Below, piece by piece: positions 10,401-24,100 of a stretch of 34,213 nt of DNA. Source of the stretch: Blastocystis sp. subtype 4. Its lineage: Eukaryota. The stretch spans positions 1 to 34,213 of the forward strand of contig NW_014569452.1 in NCBI RefSeq assembly GCF_000743755.1. The letters are read 5' to 3'. Position 1 is the stretch's first letter. Each line of letters begins with the position of its first letter. The notes under the pieces were generated by a model. The model was not told the origin of the DNA, ran no database searches, and worked only from the letters and a program-made list of their open reading frames with translations. The position numbers were made by a program, and so were the translations under genes.

Positions 10401-11937
10401 AGAGGTTCAATACTCGAATTCTCTTTCGAGATGAAGATAGAGGCACTCTGCAATTGGTACTCCTTCAGAATGGAGTCACAAAGTTGATAACCCCGATTCT
10501 GTTCTGTTCGCAAAGACTTGAAGATGGATACAAACCGCTCAAATTGGTGAAAATATGATGGGTTGTGCCTAGATCAGAAATGAAATGAAGTAATACTTCA
10601 AATGACTATGAGCAAGATAACAGACAGAAGCAAAGTCAGAAAGAGTGTTTCGATTTGATGTCTTCGTCATCTCTGCACTACGGACATCGTACAGTGCATC
10701 ACCACCTGAGAAGGAAGTCATCGCTAACAAGCTGCTGATGCAAGAGTCGAGAGGTTCTGGTTCTTCAAACGATTCTTCGCCCTAATAATCACGAATAACC
10801 AATACATTCTACAAGAGATAGAATTGACATATAGTCTTCCTGTGTGAGACGGAGATACATACCACAAGTCAATGAAAACAAGGATGATGTTGCATAAGCA
10901 GGAACTAACAGATTGCCTTCTCCAAATACCGATCCAGTAGTGAGAACGCCATATGGATAATCTATGATGAAATAAGAGGAAAAGTAACTACGTTTAGAAT
11001 CGATTGCTGATAATATGAATCTCTGTACTTTTCCATCAATAAAAATAATCATACTATCTTGGAATTGTTTTTCATCGATAAGAATCCTAAACAATCAGAG
11101 ATTGACAACTATCAGACTCATATTTCTCAAACGAGACTTCTTTAAATAGATTTATGATCTTTGCTATCTGGGAAAGGGAAAAGAAGCGAAAGCATGGTAA
11201 CGACAAAAGATAAGAAGGAAATTGGGGATCTATCGATTAGAACTGATATCAATTATGACCATTCTTGTAATTGGGAGAAATTGCAGGGATTCGTACTGAA
11301 GCAGTGTCAATATGTCTTCAATTCATCATAACAATCATTGGTACGTTCCAGAAGAAGTCATAATACTCTTGCATGTTCCAGCTAGTAGTGCTTGATACAA
11401 TTCGGGTGATAGAGTTGCCTCATTTCGTTCATTGCTGTTCAGCTTCTCAAAAGCTTGGCTCTATGCATCAGATTCGAACATAAAACATCAAACAAGTATA
11501 ATAGAGAACTGTGATCGTTGTTGATGAGGGATGGAGTTTTGAATGTTCAGAAGAACAGGCTTCCGACCTGGAAATTCAGCACAACGCTTTGCAAAGTCTC
11601 GGATATACTCTTCTTCAGCGTCGATTTCTTCACTAGGCTCTTCTTCTTGCGTAGGAAGGGAAGTGTCATTTGATCTAATTGATCGAAAGAGATGACTATT
11701 GCTGCCAGATCCAGAATTTCCATTATCACAAGAACTTGCTGATTGTCTGTTGCTTAATGCAACATGAAAGCCATTCATCTCAGATTCCATGCAACACATA
11801 CTAGTTGCCTCTAGCTGGTGACTAAGATCCGAGATCCCCATTCGATGGTAAGAGTGTTGGCGATTGGGAGGAATCGGTTGATTCTCACTAGGATTCTCAT
11901 TACTTGGAGAAGCAAACGAGTGCATGTCTGCGCTCAT
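7479..11937 (-). CDS. Phosphatidylinositol 3-kinase (class I/II-like core: C2, helical, kinase) with N-terminal cNMP-binding-like and GAF-like regions, ~1300 aa
   Basis: Motifs SKKLPLFL, KKGDDLRKD, GIGDRHNDN, HIDYGHILG, QLVQALKWD and C-terminal NDFFHVLRHA. I traced a continuous frame from ATG 11937 through 18 introns of 28-33 nt (e.g. 11493-11461, 11117-11087, 10812-10782, 10141-10112, 9472-9443, 8511-8482, 7615-7586). One intron has a non-GT donor. Confidence 0.85.
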
Positions 11938-12335
11938 AGTCTACTTTAAATCGTCAAGATCTTGATACTGAGAGAGAAATACGGTCCTAAATCCTATTGG
12001 TTGTGAATCTCGTGACTAAGTGAAATGCTCAAAGTCCCTGATGACTCTCTAGATGTGTTTATTCGTTCGTTAGAGCGTCAAAATGCAATTGTCATGTGAA
12101 TGTCAGTATTTCTAGTTTCTCTGAAATACCCAGTTAATGAGACGAATCAATCGTTTCTCTTTCTTTTTCCTTTATGGAAGGAAAAGACTGAAGAGACAAG
12201 CCCTTTATTTACGAACATAAGAGACCCAAACCAGATGCCACTGTAGTATAGTTGGTCAGTACATCACGTTGTGGCCGTGATAACCCGTGTTCGAATCACG
12301 GCAGGGGCATTTCTTTTTTCCTCTCTATTGATTCT

Positions 12336-12343
12336 AACAAACA
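12336..12343 (-). terminator. TGTTTGTT polyadenylation element of the ARM-repeat gene
   Basis: Minus strand reads GTA TAG CG TGTTTGTT. Confidence 0.75.
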
Positions 12344-12345
12344 CG

Positions 12346-14656
12346 CTATACCGATACAATACATCCCAATCGTTTCAAGATAGATACCACCATTTTAATT
12401 GTCTCTGGCTTGTTTGTTGGAGTGACAACGACTTGATTCAGATTATCCTTCAAATCTCGCATATTCTCCAAATATTTCATTCCTTCCTTCGTCAATGAGA
12501 GTAAATTGATTGAAGATACACACTGATACACAATTCGAGGATTCTTCTGGAAAATGACAATTAGCTTGTCAAGTAACTGAACTACATCATTTGAAAGCAA
12601 CGACATAACAAGAGGTTCTAATAATCATTTGTTAACCTAATAACTACCTGCTTGTACATGTTCCTTTACACTCACAGCAAGGATATTAGAAATATTCCCA
12701 AGTGACTGAATCACAATTCCAATATCTTTCTGTTCCACGTAATAAACACAACACATCACGATTAGAGAGAATGCATTTCCTTCATATAACTGAGTACACA
12801 CAGAATAATCTATTATAAATGAAAAGCGATATTCCTACTCTGGAAGGAGAGATAATTCAGACACACCAATCCACAGAATATCAGAGCTGGCTCCTTCATA
12901 TTTTTTTGCATCAAACTTATAATCGCGGGGAGACAGTTATGTGCAAGAATGACTTCTCTACAATATTCTATCCATCAATCAAAAAAACAATTGAAACCTA
13001 AAGAAGCGAGACGAGAAAGAAGTGCGATACAAAGGACTTGAACATCAAAAGGAACTCCTTGAATCTGAATGAACTTGGCAAGAATGGTAACACAACCACA
13101 TTCATATAAGAGCTTACGAGATTCATTTCTGTGACAGGAGAGGATAAGGAAATTCAATGCTGAAATTAGGGTATCCGATTCAATTGAAAGGAATTGAATA
13201 ACCAAAACTGTCAGTGGAAGGATCTCATATTGATGGATTTCCTGAATTATTCGATTTATTGTGTCAGTAGTATTGGTATCTCGAAATGAAGATAGTTCAT
13301 AGAGGAGAATGAAAGCAACACGTAATAAGTGGGGTTCTCGATGTCTCTCAAGTGTGATATGAACGGTTGCAATGATGTTCATATCAAGAATCTCGTCAAT
13401 CAAATCAGATCGACGATAATCCGAAGAATGAGCAGTTTGCTTCAGAATGTAAAGAACAATGAGAAGACAGTGAAGAAGAATAGCAGATGAAGTCTGTGCA
13501 TACTGAAGAAGCACAGAATTCAGTAGCTGAAATATGCGATTATTCTGAAGAAGGAGTTTTGTTCCATCATCTATCAATAATGAAACTCCCTTAAGAAAAC
13601 CGTCAGCTGCTGTGATCACACGAAGAACTTGACAAGCCATTCGGACAGTTTCTTCATTTCCAATACACTTCTTACAGACTATGAGAAGCAAGTCAATACC
13701 TCCTTCTTCGTACATTTGTTGGCAATCATTCTCTAGAATCAGAGTCCAACTCAACATAAACCATTCATAGAGAATCGAAGGAGAATTCGACAACTCTCAT
13801 CTGCAATACCTGGGTCATCTTCAAGCCAACGAGAAAGTGTATGCATTGTTTCAATACAACGTAATTGAAGAAGAATATCCATTCCTCGTCCTATAGATCA
13901 AGCCAAATACATATAACAACGATTTTGGCTCATATTCTGGAATATCGAAAACAAGGGATACATCCGATTACTTACTGTCATCTTGTTATTTGGATTTATG
14001 GAAAAACTGTTACAAAAGTTATGTGTGTAGGAGATCAGATTCTTCACCAAGTCCAACACTCCAGAATATGAGGTCCATTCATCAATCGTCGCAAAATACA
14101 TTGTGATACATGCTATTTGCTGCATAATAGAGAAATTGCTAATATAAAAAGATGAAAGTGTCGACAGAAGATTACTGAACTCTTGATTACACATAGACGA
14201 GAGTATGGATGCTAAAAATTAACTACAAAATACTTGATCACGATAGGTGCAAAGAGAGGCAAGACAAGTAATACACACAAAGATTCCATTATCATTCTCA
14301 AAACTCATTTCCTCTCTTAAGATTGACGTAATAGAAGCAGGAAAGAACGAATGAAGATTATTTGGTATTGGACATCCTACGGTTGATAGACTATACTAAA
14401 TGTACGGCTGAGTGCGATTTTTGTCAAGCAACACAACAAGTGTAGTTGAATAGATTCATACTCTGGTTTCAGAAGTCGATCAGCTATTCCCTCAATATAA
14501 ATTGTCAAATTATGTGAACAATAATCTATGTGATAAGAATATTTGGAAAAACGAACAAGTCTCACTCAACTGCAGAAATTCAACCAGAGCTTGAGAAATT
14601 TGCTCAACAGATGCATCTTGTCTTGACAAGATCTGTTGAATCTCTTCTAGTCTCAT
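12346..14656 (-). CDS. Armadillo/HEAT-like alpha-solenoid protein, multi-exon
   Basis: ATG at 14656. ARM-like segments (EEGGIDLLL...VRMACQVLRVIT; LLYECGCVTILAKFI). ORF fragments join through ~30-40 nt GT-AG introns; TAG at 12348-12346. Not every junction was checked. Confidence 0.7.
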
Positions 14657-15145
14657 TGAAATATGATTTGTCATATAAAAAAAGGCGCGAATTTACGCAT
14701 TGACAAAAATGAAAATCAAATATTATCGTCTATTATCACATTATCAACAGTATAACCAGCAGTAGGAACCATCCACGACAGAATGAGGCCACCCTATCGA
14801 ATCATTCTAGTTACTCCTCTATGGTTTTTCGTATAAACAGTGAGTATAGTGACAGTGATTTATGAAGAAATAACCTTTTACTCAACTGAATGAAATTGAA
14901 TCTTTATTCAATTTTTGTATTCGGCAGTATGATACGAATGAATGACATTCTTAGAAATACCATAAGATCATCCAAGCCATATCAACAAACCAATACTCAA
15001 GAGAGAATCCAAAACATTTGGTCAACACAATAATCTCAAAAAAACAGAAAACATGTGTGTGAAAATGGTATTACGTTACATTAGCGAACAGAAATGCTTG
15101 ATAATCATGAAAGTGAGTTACTCACGGGAATCATGATTGTGTTAC

Positions 15146-18100
15146 ATGAAACACTTCGATCTTGTGGAAACCCCGACAATGAGCAAAGAACGTTTGCTAG
15201 TGCATAGCGATCTGGAAGAACCAATCACTCCAGTCTTCCGGAAGACTTTAACCAATTTTGAAGCAGACGATGTTCCTAGAAGTAGTAACAAGTTACATTT
15301 GGTTAATGGCGTCATTGTCCCGTGTATGTTACATATGATGGGTATTCTGTACTTTTTGAGAATCACATGGTCTGTTGGAGAAGTTGGATGGCTTGCCACT
15401 TTTCTGTATAATTGATGGAAATCCTTTTACACGTAGTATGTTCATTGTAGGAGAGTCCATGGCTCTATTCACGGCTATGTCGCTTAGTGCTCTATGTACA
15501 AACGGGAAAATGCGTGGAGGTGGTGCCTATTATATGATTAGTCGTTCTCTTGGACCCGAATTCGGTGGTTCCATGGCTATTCTTTTCTTTATTGCCTATG
15601 CTGTTGGAAGTGCTTTTCATGTTACAGGTACGTCGTATTTCTTTCATTTTCTGTATAGGAGTTTTGGATGTCTTGCGAACAACCTTTTTGAATGGTAGTT
15701 ATGAGTATGATATCTATATCAAAAGTGGAATTCTCCTCTTAGTTATGATAGTTATTACAGATTTCCTCAATCACTTCTAGGTTGCTATGATGGGAGCAGA
15801 GAGTTATGGAAAGATTAATCGTTTGCTGTGGGCAGGTCAATTAATCACAATTTGGCTGACTTTAGGTTGCATGATCTTCCAAAAGCCTGGAATGGTTGCT
15901 TTTCGGAACTTTTCTGATAACTAGGTTCTGAAGCATGGTGGAGTTTATTCGGGTCTCTCTCTCAAGTCATTCAAGGATAACTTTCTTCCATCGTCCTTTT
16001 TCATTACTTCTTTAAATTTCTAGAACCCTCACTGCTGCCAACGTTCAAACCGTATTCAGTGTGATTTTCCCTGCAATGACGGGCATTATGGAAGGAGCGA
16101 ATCTATCTGGTGATTTGGAGAATCCTGGTCGAGACCTCGGAAAGGGTACGATCATCTCTGTATGTGCTTCGTTTACGCACTATGCACTTTTGTTCACCCT
16201 CGCAGCCTTCGCATTCCCTCATTCCACACTGGTTGGAAGAGATACAGTATTTCAGGATGTGGAGTTCTGGCCTGGAATAGCTGTGATTGGTATCAGTATT
16301 GTGGGTTTCTCAGCTGCCTTGGGTTCGTTTATTGGAGGAGCTCGTGTATTGCAAGCACTAGCTCGAGATGGGGTATTCAAGACATTAGGTTTTCTAGGGA
16401 AAGGTTACGGTAAAGGAGATGAACCTCGACGAGCAATTCTTTTAATGTATATTGTTTGTGAGTTATGTTTCTTCATTGGTGATCTGAATGTAAGTGAGAC
16501 GAATGTCTTCCATTTAGATCATCTCACCATTAATGACTAACTTCTTCTGTCTTTCCTACTCTCTTGTCAATTTATCTGCATTTGTTCTTCGAATCACAGG
16601 AGCTCCTAATTTCAGACCGCGTTTCAAAGCTTGTACTTGGCAGATTTCTCTTCTTGGTGGTCTTCTGTGTTTATTTATCATGTTCTATCTTAGTTGGGTG
16701 TACCTATTCATTGGGTTAATCACTTTTAGCAAAGCATTAATTAGCGTGGTTTGTCTTGTTGTGATTTTTGTCTATCTTTCTCTCACTACTCCTCATCAGG
16801 AATGGGGAGATATTACTCAATCCTTATTCTATCACACTGTTCGTAAACTGCTTTTGAAATTGGATACTGACAAAAATCATCCCAAATATTGGCGTCCTTC
16901 CGTTCTGTTGTATACACCTACTCCAAATTGTTATCCCTTGATTGATTTCTGTAATGTTCTGAAGAAAGGAGGATTGTATGTCGTCTCTACGGTGTACGAA
17001 AATGATTTCAAGGGCGATTGTGATGAGTTCTATACAATGGAGAATTTCTGGTCTTTTTTTGTCAATCATGTTTGTTATGGGGTGGAGGATGAGTAGTAGT
17101 GTAATATCAAAGCATTCCCTCTTGTATCATTTGCCCCATCCACAATTGAAGGATTGCACAATATGGTTGCAACATGTGGATTAGGAGCGTTGAAGCCAAA
17201 CACTATTGTTATTCCACTTGAAGAAGAGAGGTGTGTGAAATCATTTGAGATCATCTTTAGAGAGAATGAAGTGAGTAGTAGTGTTGAAATCCTTCACAAA
17301 CTACGAGGAATGCAGAATATTGAGTTACCCTTAGTTTCCGTGGTAAGCTGTATTTTTGGAATTCCATATATCCTAGCCTCTTCCCTCTATATTGAAAGAT
17401 GAAGATTACTGTACAATGATCAATGATGTGTTGGTTCTTCAACGCAATATCGTAGTAGCAGCCAACTATGCCAAGATTCAACCTCATGCAACAGAGCTTA
17501 ATTGGCCTGCTATGCGTGACAGTTACGAGCATCCTGAATTGTGCACAATTGATATGGTCATTGTAGGTGATTGGGATTGGCATATTGAGTTCTCAAGTAT
17601 AAATGGATTCCCGCGGTTATCAATAGATTACTTATCAGTTATCATTCAATATGGATATATCATTCATCGTCATGCTAGTTGGAAGAAGTTCACATTACGA
17701 TTGATTCAGATTCTGCCAGGATGTGATGATAGTGAGTGTAAGGATGTGAATGAAGTATGATGACTAGCATTTGAAGCTGAAGATAAACGATTGAAAGAGC
17801 TATTAGAAGAAGTACGAGTAGATGCTGTAACAAAGGTGATTGGAATACCTAAAGCAGACTTAAAGGAATATGAGAATCGTGACGATTTCTGTAATGTTAA
17901 AAATCGATAGTAATTGTGTAGCATTGCATATTCTTCCTTTTGATGTACTGGCAAAGGTCTTAAATCCATTGTTGAAATCAGTCTGTGCCAATAGTCAGAT
18001 GATTCTTATGAAACTATATTCACCGAAGGAAGTCAATGCTACAGATTCTTCTGAATACATGAAGAATCTTCGTAGTCTTGTGAAAGATCTTCCTCCTATG

Positions 18101-18151
18101 TTGTTAATGAATTCGAGTACTCACCTTCCTGTGATTACAAGATATATTTGA
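15146..18151 (+). CDS. SLC12 cation-chloride cotransporter family, SLC12A9/CIP1 (yeast Vhc1)-like
   Basis: Motifs LSALCTNGKMRGGGAYYMISRSLGPEFGGS, FPAMTGIMEGANLSGDL, GAPNFRPRF and KYWRPSVLL...FCNVLKKGGLYV. Many ~30-nt introns (e.g. 15406-15436, 15751-15780, 16490-16517); TGA at 18149-18151. Start could alternatively be ATG 15179. Confidence 0.9.
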
Positions 18152-18177
18152 GTTGTATCTGAAATGATTGTTTACAT

Positions 18178-18185
18178 AACAAACA
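18178..18185 (-). terminator. TGTTTGTT element defining a poly(A)-created stop for the giant gene
   Basis: Minus strand reads ...GTT CAT T-GTTA-TGTTTGTT; an in-frame T sits before a 4-nt spacer. Confidence 0.85.
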
Positions 18186-18189
18186 TAAC

Positions 18190-21100
18190 AATGAACACTT
18201 TGCATAGTATCAAAGAGGAGATTCTTCACATGAGGATACAGTACAGGACAAGCAGCAATCAAATCATACAACAATAGAACCCATTGTTCTAAACAAGCAG
18301 GATATTTGATATGTGACTAGAATTCATTTCTTCTCTCATCCTTACTTCGATAAACACAGTAAAACATGTATGCCGATAGATCAATTCTAAGAATGAAACA
18401 GCATTTGTGATAAAATGCTTTAATTCAGGCTTCTGAAAATTATCATTCTTCTAATTCCTTACTGTTCGCAACACTTCGATCACAAGATTCGTAATGCACA
18501 TCAATTCTTGATATCCTTCAGCCAATACACTCGAATCAAACTCAAATTCATTTGGATGTTCAAGAATCCGTTTGATTTCAATGGCATTGTTTGGAGTTAA
18601 TTCCCGCGGGAAATGCAACCATATTTGAATGAACTTACTAGCAATCGTTAAGCAACGTCGGAATATTGTTTCGGCTGCAGAAATCAGTGAGAAAGGCTGG
18701 AAACGATCAATTGAAGTCCTTCAAGTTAATATGACCAAAATCACTTACGAATTGGTAACACGCAAAATCACCCTTTTTATTTCCTTCGTATTCACATTCT
18801 TAAACAGCAAGATTTGTTTATCATACAAGGTCTAGTAATTAACCAATCTTGCTCACTATTCACCTGACCATGTCGCATTCGATCAAGGAATGTTTCTACA
18901 ATGATTTGGAATCCACATGTCACTTCATTTCCAGGAGCAATCGAAATGATTCTTCCACTCATTTCCCCTCGATCTTGAACTGTGAGATGTACGTATGAGG
19001 ATGTGACCATAAACAGCACCGATTCTGTCTGATCACTGAGATTACGAATCTACAGGTCATGCAATCAGGACAAGCAAACTCGAATTGTTGGAGAGTTTGC
19101 AATGGAGAAATGACCAATTTCCTCTTCTTGAATGAAGACATTCAATACTCTGTCATTCAAATCAGTTTGATTCTGGTCTCGGATGGTAAAGCTTTCTGGA
19201 ATCCTTTTCAAGACAAAACAAGCAGAAATGGAACATTTAACAAGATTAGAGAAGTAAAATTTAAATGGAACACTTCGAGGATCATGTGTATTCAGTGATC
19301 CATAATTATCAAGGCTTTCAGAATCACTAGTCATATCACTAATAGAAGCCGAATCATCAATCGAATCCCATGCATTTATAACCACGGTAAAGTACTTAGT
19401 AGTATGAGGAAGAAGAGTTCTAGATATGACAAACACAACACACCAATCACAGAATCTTCATTTTCTGATTTGATTCACATTCAATAAACGAGATCTGACC
19501 ACGAAATTTAGAGTGAAACAGAGCCATTGTCAACTCCACATTCCCGAGATTTGAAGCTCCGATCACATGACTCTCAATGAATCGATCATTCCCATAACTA
19601 GTTCCCTCTAACTCCAAAACAGAAGTAAGATCAACTGCTTCCCATCTTCCTGATCGTTGTAACGTAGAAATCACTACTGGAATTGGAATTGGTTGTTTCC
19701 CGCGGGAATTGAATACATTCTCCAACATGTCAGCTGAGATGGCAAATGGTTCAAGATCAATAGAAGGAAGTGATAATACTTGGACAGCACTGCAAATGAA
19801 CTAGATAAAAAACACTCTCTTGAGACCTACTGTAACACTTACATTGACGAAGCAGAAGTCTTTCACATGAGTATCCTGAATGAAAATTAAAGCACTAAAG
19901 AAACCAACAGCTTGTGATTTCAATCTGAACAGTAATGAATTGGAATTAGTTGAAATCAAAGAGATGAATGGAACACAATCAGACACATTCTAATCCTTCA
20001 AATACATCAATGATCCTTACACAAACTACTTTGATATCTTCCTGATTTCGGCCTGAAATTAGGATTTCCACTTTTTTCTCTTCATTCACAAGTACTTTCT
20101 CTCCATCGACGACAATGACATTTCCATCCACTACTGCTGAAACACCTTTGATAATAACAGAGAGAGACAGTGAGGTTGTCAGAGATAAGGCACCTATCTA
20201 TGAGACTACATGAATACCAAAACTCTCATCAAATATACTAGGTCGATGTACAGATGACTGAATAGCAAGAGGCAAAATAACCGAGAAGTTCTCAAAGACC
20301 AGAGTACGAAGTGTGATACATGAATATGAATCATTCACAGTATCATCATCACGATTCTATCAATTAATCATTCATTCATTCAAATACATAGCACGAATCA
20401 GGTCGTAAGATACATTGGACCTTTACTGATGTCTCTGGCTCTATCACAATCACTTTCGGTACCTCCAATAATGAGGCAAATACACATTTAGTATGACCTG
20501 GATAAATCAAACCATACTTACGATGAATCACATGACTTGCTTGTAGACTCACTTGGACACGTTCCTTCCAAATATTATGAATCACAAAATCATAGTTATT
20601 TTTGTCAAGACGACATACCATATAACTCTTCTTTTTTTCACTATCCAATAATTGTTGAGTTAATTCGCGTTGTTGAAGACTGTGAGGTGTATCTTCTGTA
20701 GGAGTCAATTTCTCTCGATTCTTGTCAATTCCAGAATCAGTTTCTTTGATTGCAGATCCAACAGAAGGATCTGTCACCAGATGATTTGAACACGAATTGA
20801 CATCATAATGAGTCTGAAGAATATCTTCTAATTTAGAGAAATGCTCCAACACTGTCACAATGTTCAGAACAGCCGGAGAGACTTCAATAATCGGTTGAAT
20901 AGTAAAGACGATACTCACGGGAATTTCCACCATTGTGCGGAGAGTATCCGAATGGCTTTCTGACACATCTACTAATAGTTGTAATTGACCAATTACTGAA
21001 GGAGATTGCATGGCGGTGATTTGTTGATTCCCAAGAGAATGAATGGAAATTGGTTGCAATGAGAGTGGAAGCGTAACACGAGAATTAGCAGCAATCTCCA

Positions 21101-24100
21101 TTGTTGACACATCCTGACCAACTGCTATCATTACCGCCTGTTGGTACAAAAACTGCCGGAAAAGTGGAATGACATGAATTGGAGAAGAAGTGATATTGTG
21201 CAATGTCACCTCAATAACACACTTTGATAGAGAAGGGAAAGGAACATTATTCCAACGAATCAAATCAATCTCATTCTGATTCTGATTCTCAATAGTCAAA
21301 GCTGATCTAAATACAGTCGCTTCATATGTGACCTCATAATAAACTCCAGGTGAATTCTGGGTGGAGAATAGGATTTTCCACCGATTAAGACCTTCAGTCC
21401 ACTTCACCATCTTCATGTTCAGCTCGACCACTAATGTGACCAAACACCCTTCCTCGATTGGAACCAGGGATTCTCTTCCATTCTTAAGCATTGTTCGAGT
21501 AGCCATTTCTTGATTGGAATGATTCCGCGAAAAACTGTAAAAAATCGTGGGAGTGAATCCAGGCGGGAACCAACTCAAATCCACCATCACAGGCCCTGAG
21601 GAGAGATTATCGATCCGCAAATCCAGACGAGGATAACGACTAGAATTAGCAAATATGATTGGCTTATTTGTTGTGGGACAACTTACCTCGATTTTCTCAC
21701 GATAGTAACTACCACGTAATGACACGATTTGTTGAAAATAGTTATCCCCGCGGGAATTGAAGAAACACAGCTGACCTGTTAAATCAACATTCCCATGAGA
21801 AGATTCACTATCCAAGGTCAAACCGCTTCCCATATCAATCATCTCGTCAGCTTTCATGCCAATACGAATCTCAACCTCCTTGTCTGGAATTAACATGATT
21901 CCCGCGGCAATTGGTAATAACCCCATTTCTGATTGCAGATTTGCAGGAATTGATGCTTTCTCATCCATTAAGAGAGATGGAAAGGATGAAATGGAAGAAT
22001 AAGATCCAGAGTTGTGATGCGAACAACCAGGAGAATAGCCTCCCATCTCTTCAGATCCATCTCCAATACGAAGAATTAGAGGCAAATTACTGTATGGAAT
22101 AACGCACATCGCTACACCTGAGGTATTTCGAAGGAAAAGAGAGAATGAGGTTTCAACACGGGGATTCACGAAATACCGTGGAGATTCTGGATTCGGCTTA
22201 TAGACAGCAATTCGGCCCAAGTCCAGATCTGCAGTTGGACTCCAGTCCATTAAATCAAATGAAAATGAATGTGTTGAGATTTCAAAAGAATGATTGCAAT
22301 TGAACACATGAACACTGATTTCTCGCTTCACAGGAACATCACGATGAGATACAACAATTGAAAAGGAAGAATAGCCTGTTATGATTGTGGAAACATGGAA
22401 ACTGATATAGTGATACTTTCCTTCATCCACAATTCCCTCCATTCGGTTGAAAGTAACACCGATTTCTGGACTTGACAATTTTTCCACCGATATTACATAT
22501 GGGAGTTTCATCGCAGTGTTCTCATTCTGAATCTTGAATTCTGAATTTAATCCTGAAGGAGTTCTGGATCGATTCACCAAAATGATCATCCTTTCACCTA
22601 ACTCAAATCGAACCAAACCAGCTTGGATACTATAGTCCACACTAAAACTGAACAAATTCTGGAATTCCTGATTGTTTTCCTTCGCTTCATCTGTTACCGT
22701 TTCCACTTCTCCTAAAGCAGCCAAATCTGAATACGAAGGATGTAATGACCGCATCAATAATTGGTCCGATTTCTGGCAAGATCCAGATATACGCAGCTTT
22801 CCTGTTAATAGACGAGTGAATGTCGCCAACTGGTTCTCTGAAATCTGGAATACACGATTCTCCACCGAATACTGCAATTGTAGAATTGCTTCAGATTCTT
22901 GGAGCACCAGTATCCTCTCCACTGGCTTCTGTGAATCATCCACCAAGGTAACTGGGTTCATTCCTGTTGCCTCATCGATTGACACATAAATGTCAATATC
23001 CCGCAGATTTCTGACACGAATAGACGTGTACGAAAAAGCATTGTTTTCAGTCTTTGACAAAAACAAAGCTGGATTCAACACTAACAGACCTGGATGTCCA
23101 CTATTCTCTGGATCGATATCTGGAAGTGTCAAAAACAGTGGGTTCTTTACAATAGCTCGAATCATACAAGTGCAAATATTGGTGGGTTTTTCGGGACAAA
23201 TGAAATTCAAAGCTTCTTGGACGGATCCGTCCTCATGAAGTGCTCGAGCCGAAAGTCTGATATCCACTCGAACATCTCTCCTTTCGTGAGGTCGTAATAT
23301 CTCTTCCATGGTTTGGTTCATCAGACAACTAGCCTGTGAACAAACGGCCAATGATTCATTGGTACTGTTCAGAAGAGTCAGTTTTAAACTGAATAATCGA
23401 CCAAAGTTAAACTCACCCAGATTGATGTCTGAGGGAGTTACACTTAGTCCAGATACAATGGGTTTCAAGAGAAGTGGAAGACTCAGTAACATGGTTCTCT
23501 GTCTATGAGACATGACAGAAATGAATCCAAGTGGAGTAAATGTCTGAGGCTGACTTAAGCGTTTGGAATGATTTGTGGATTTCCATTTATAGTGGATAAC
23601 AAGAGAAGATTGAGGAGGGAGTTTCAGATTCAAAAGTTGTTTTTTCCGATTCCGATTATTATCCGTATTTATGGAATGCAAGAAAACGTCCATATTTAGA
23701 TCTCCTTCAATTTCTTGATATGTAAAGAAGATAGATCCAAAATCAGGACTAATTTGGTACGAATTATCCCAATAGACATCGACCATGATGGAATCAAATA
23801 TCTCGTTTTTTATCATTAGATACTTCAGAGTCGTCACAGCATTATCTTCCACAATTAACGAAGGAATTTGACTTAATGGTGATCGAATAACTGTAGAATC
23901 CACTGTAACAGAAAAAGGAACAGAAAATGGTTTGACAGAAATCGACCCTAATGGAACAGGTGGAATTTGGAAGTATGGATTTGTTACGGTACCTGTGATT
24001 GGAACAGATACGGAGGAAGATGATCTGGATACAACCTATGAGTGAAAGAGGACCATCAGAACAACCACAATCCCTTCTAGATGAAATGAAGGAACAGCAG

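Noticed and set aside
11941..12020. Two intron-like segments upstream of the PI3K ATG as extra coding exons
   Set aside because: The spliced upstream frame contains a TGA; at most these are 5' UTR introns.
14657..15145. Longest intergenic gap as a hidden small gene or ncRNA
   Set aside because: No convincing spliced ORF or RNA motif found by eye; a covariance-model search would be needed.
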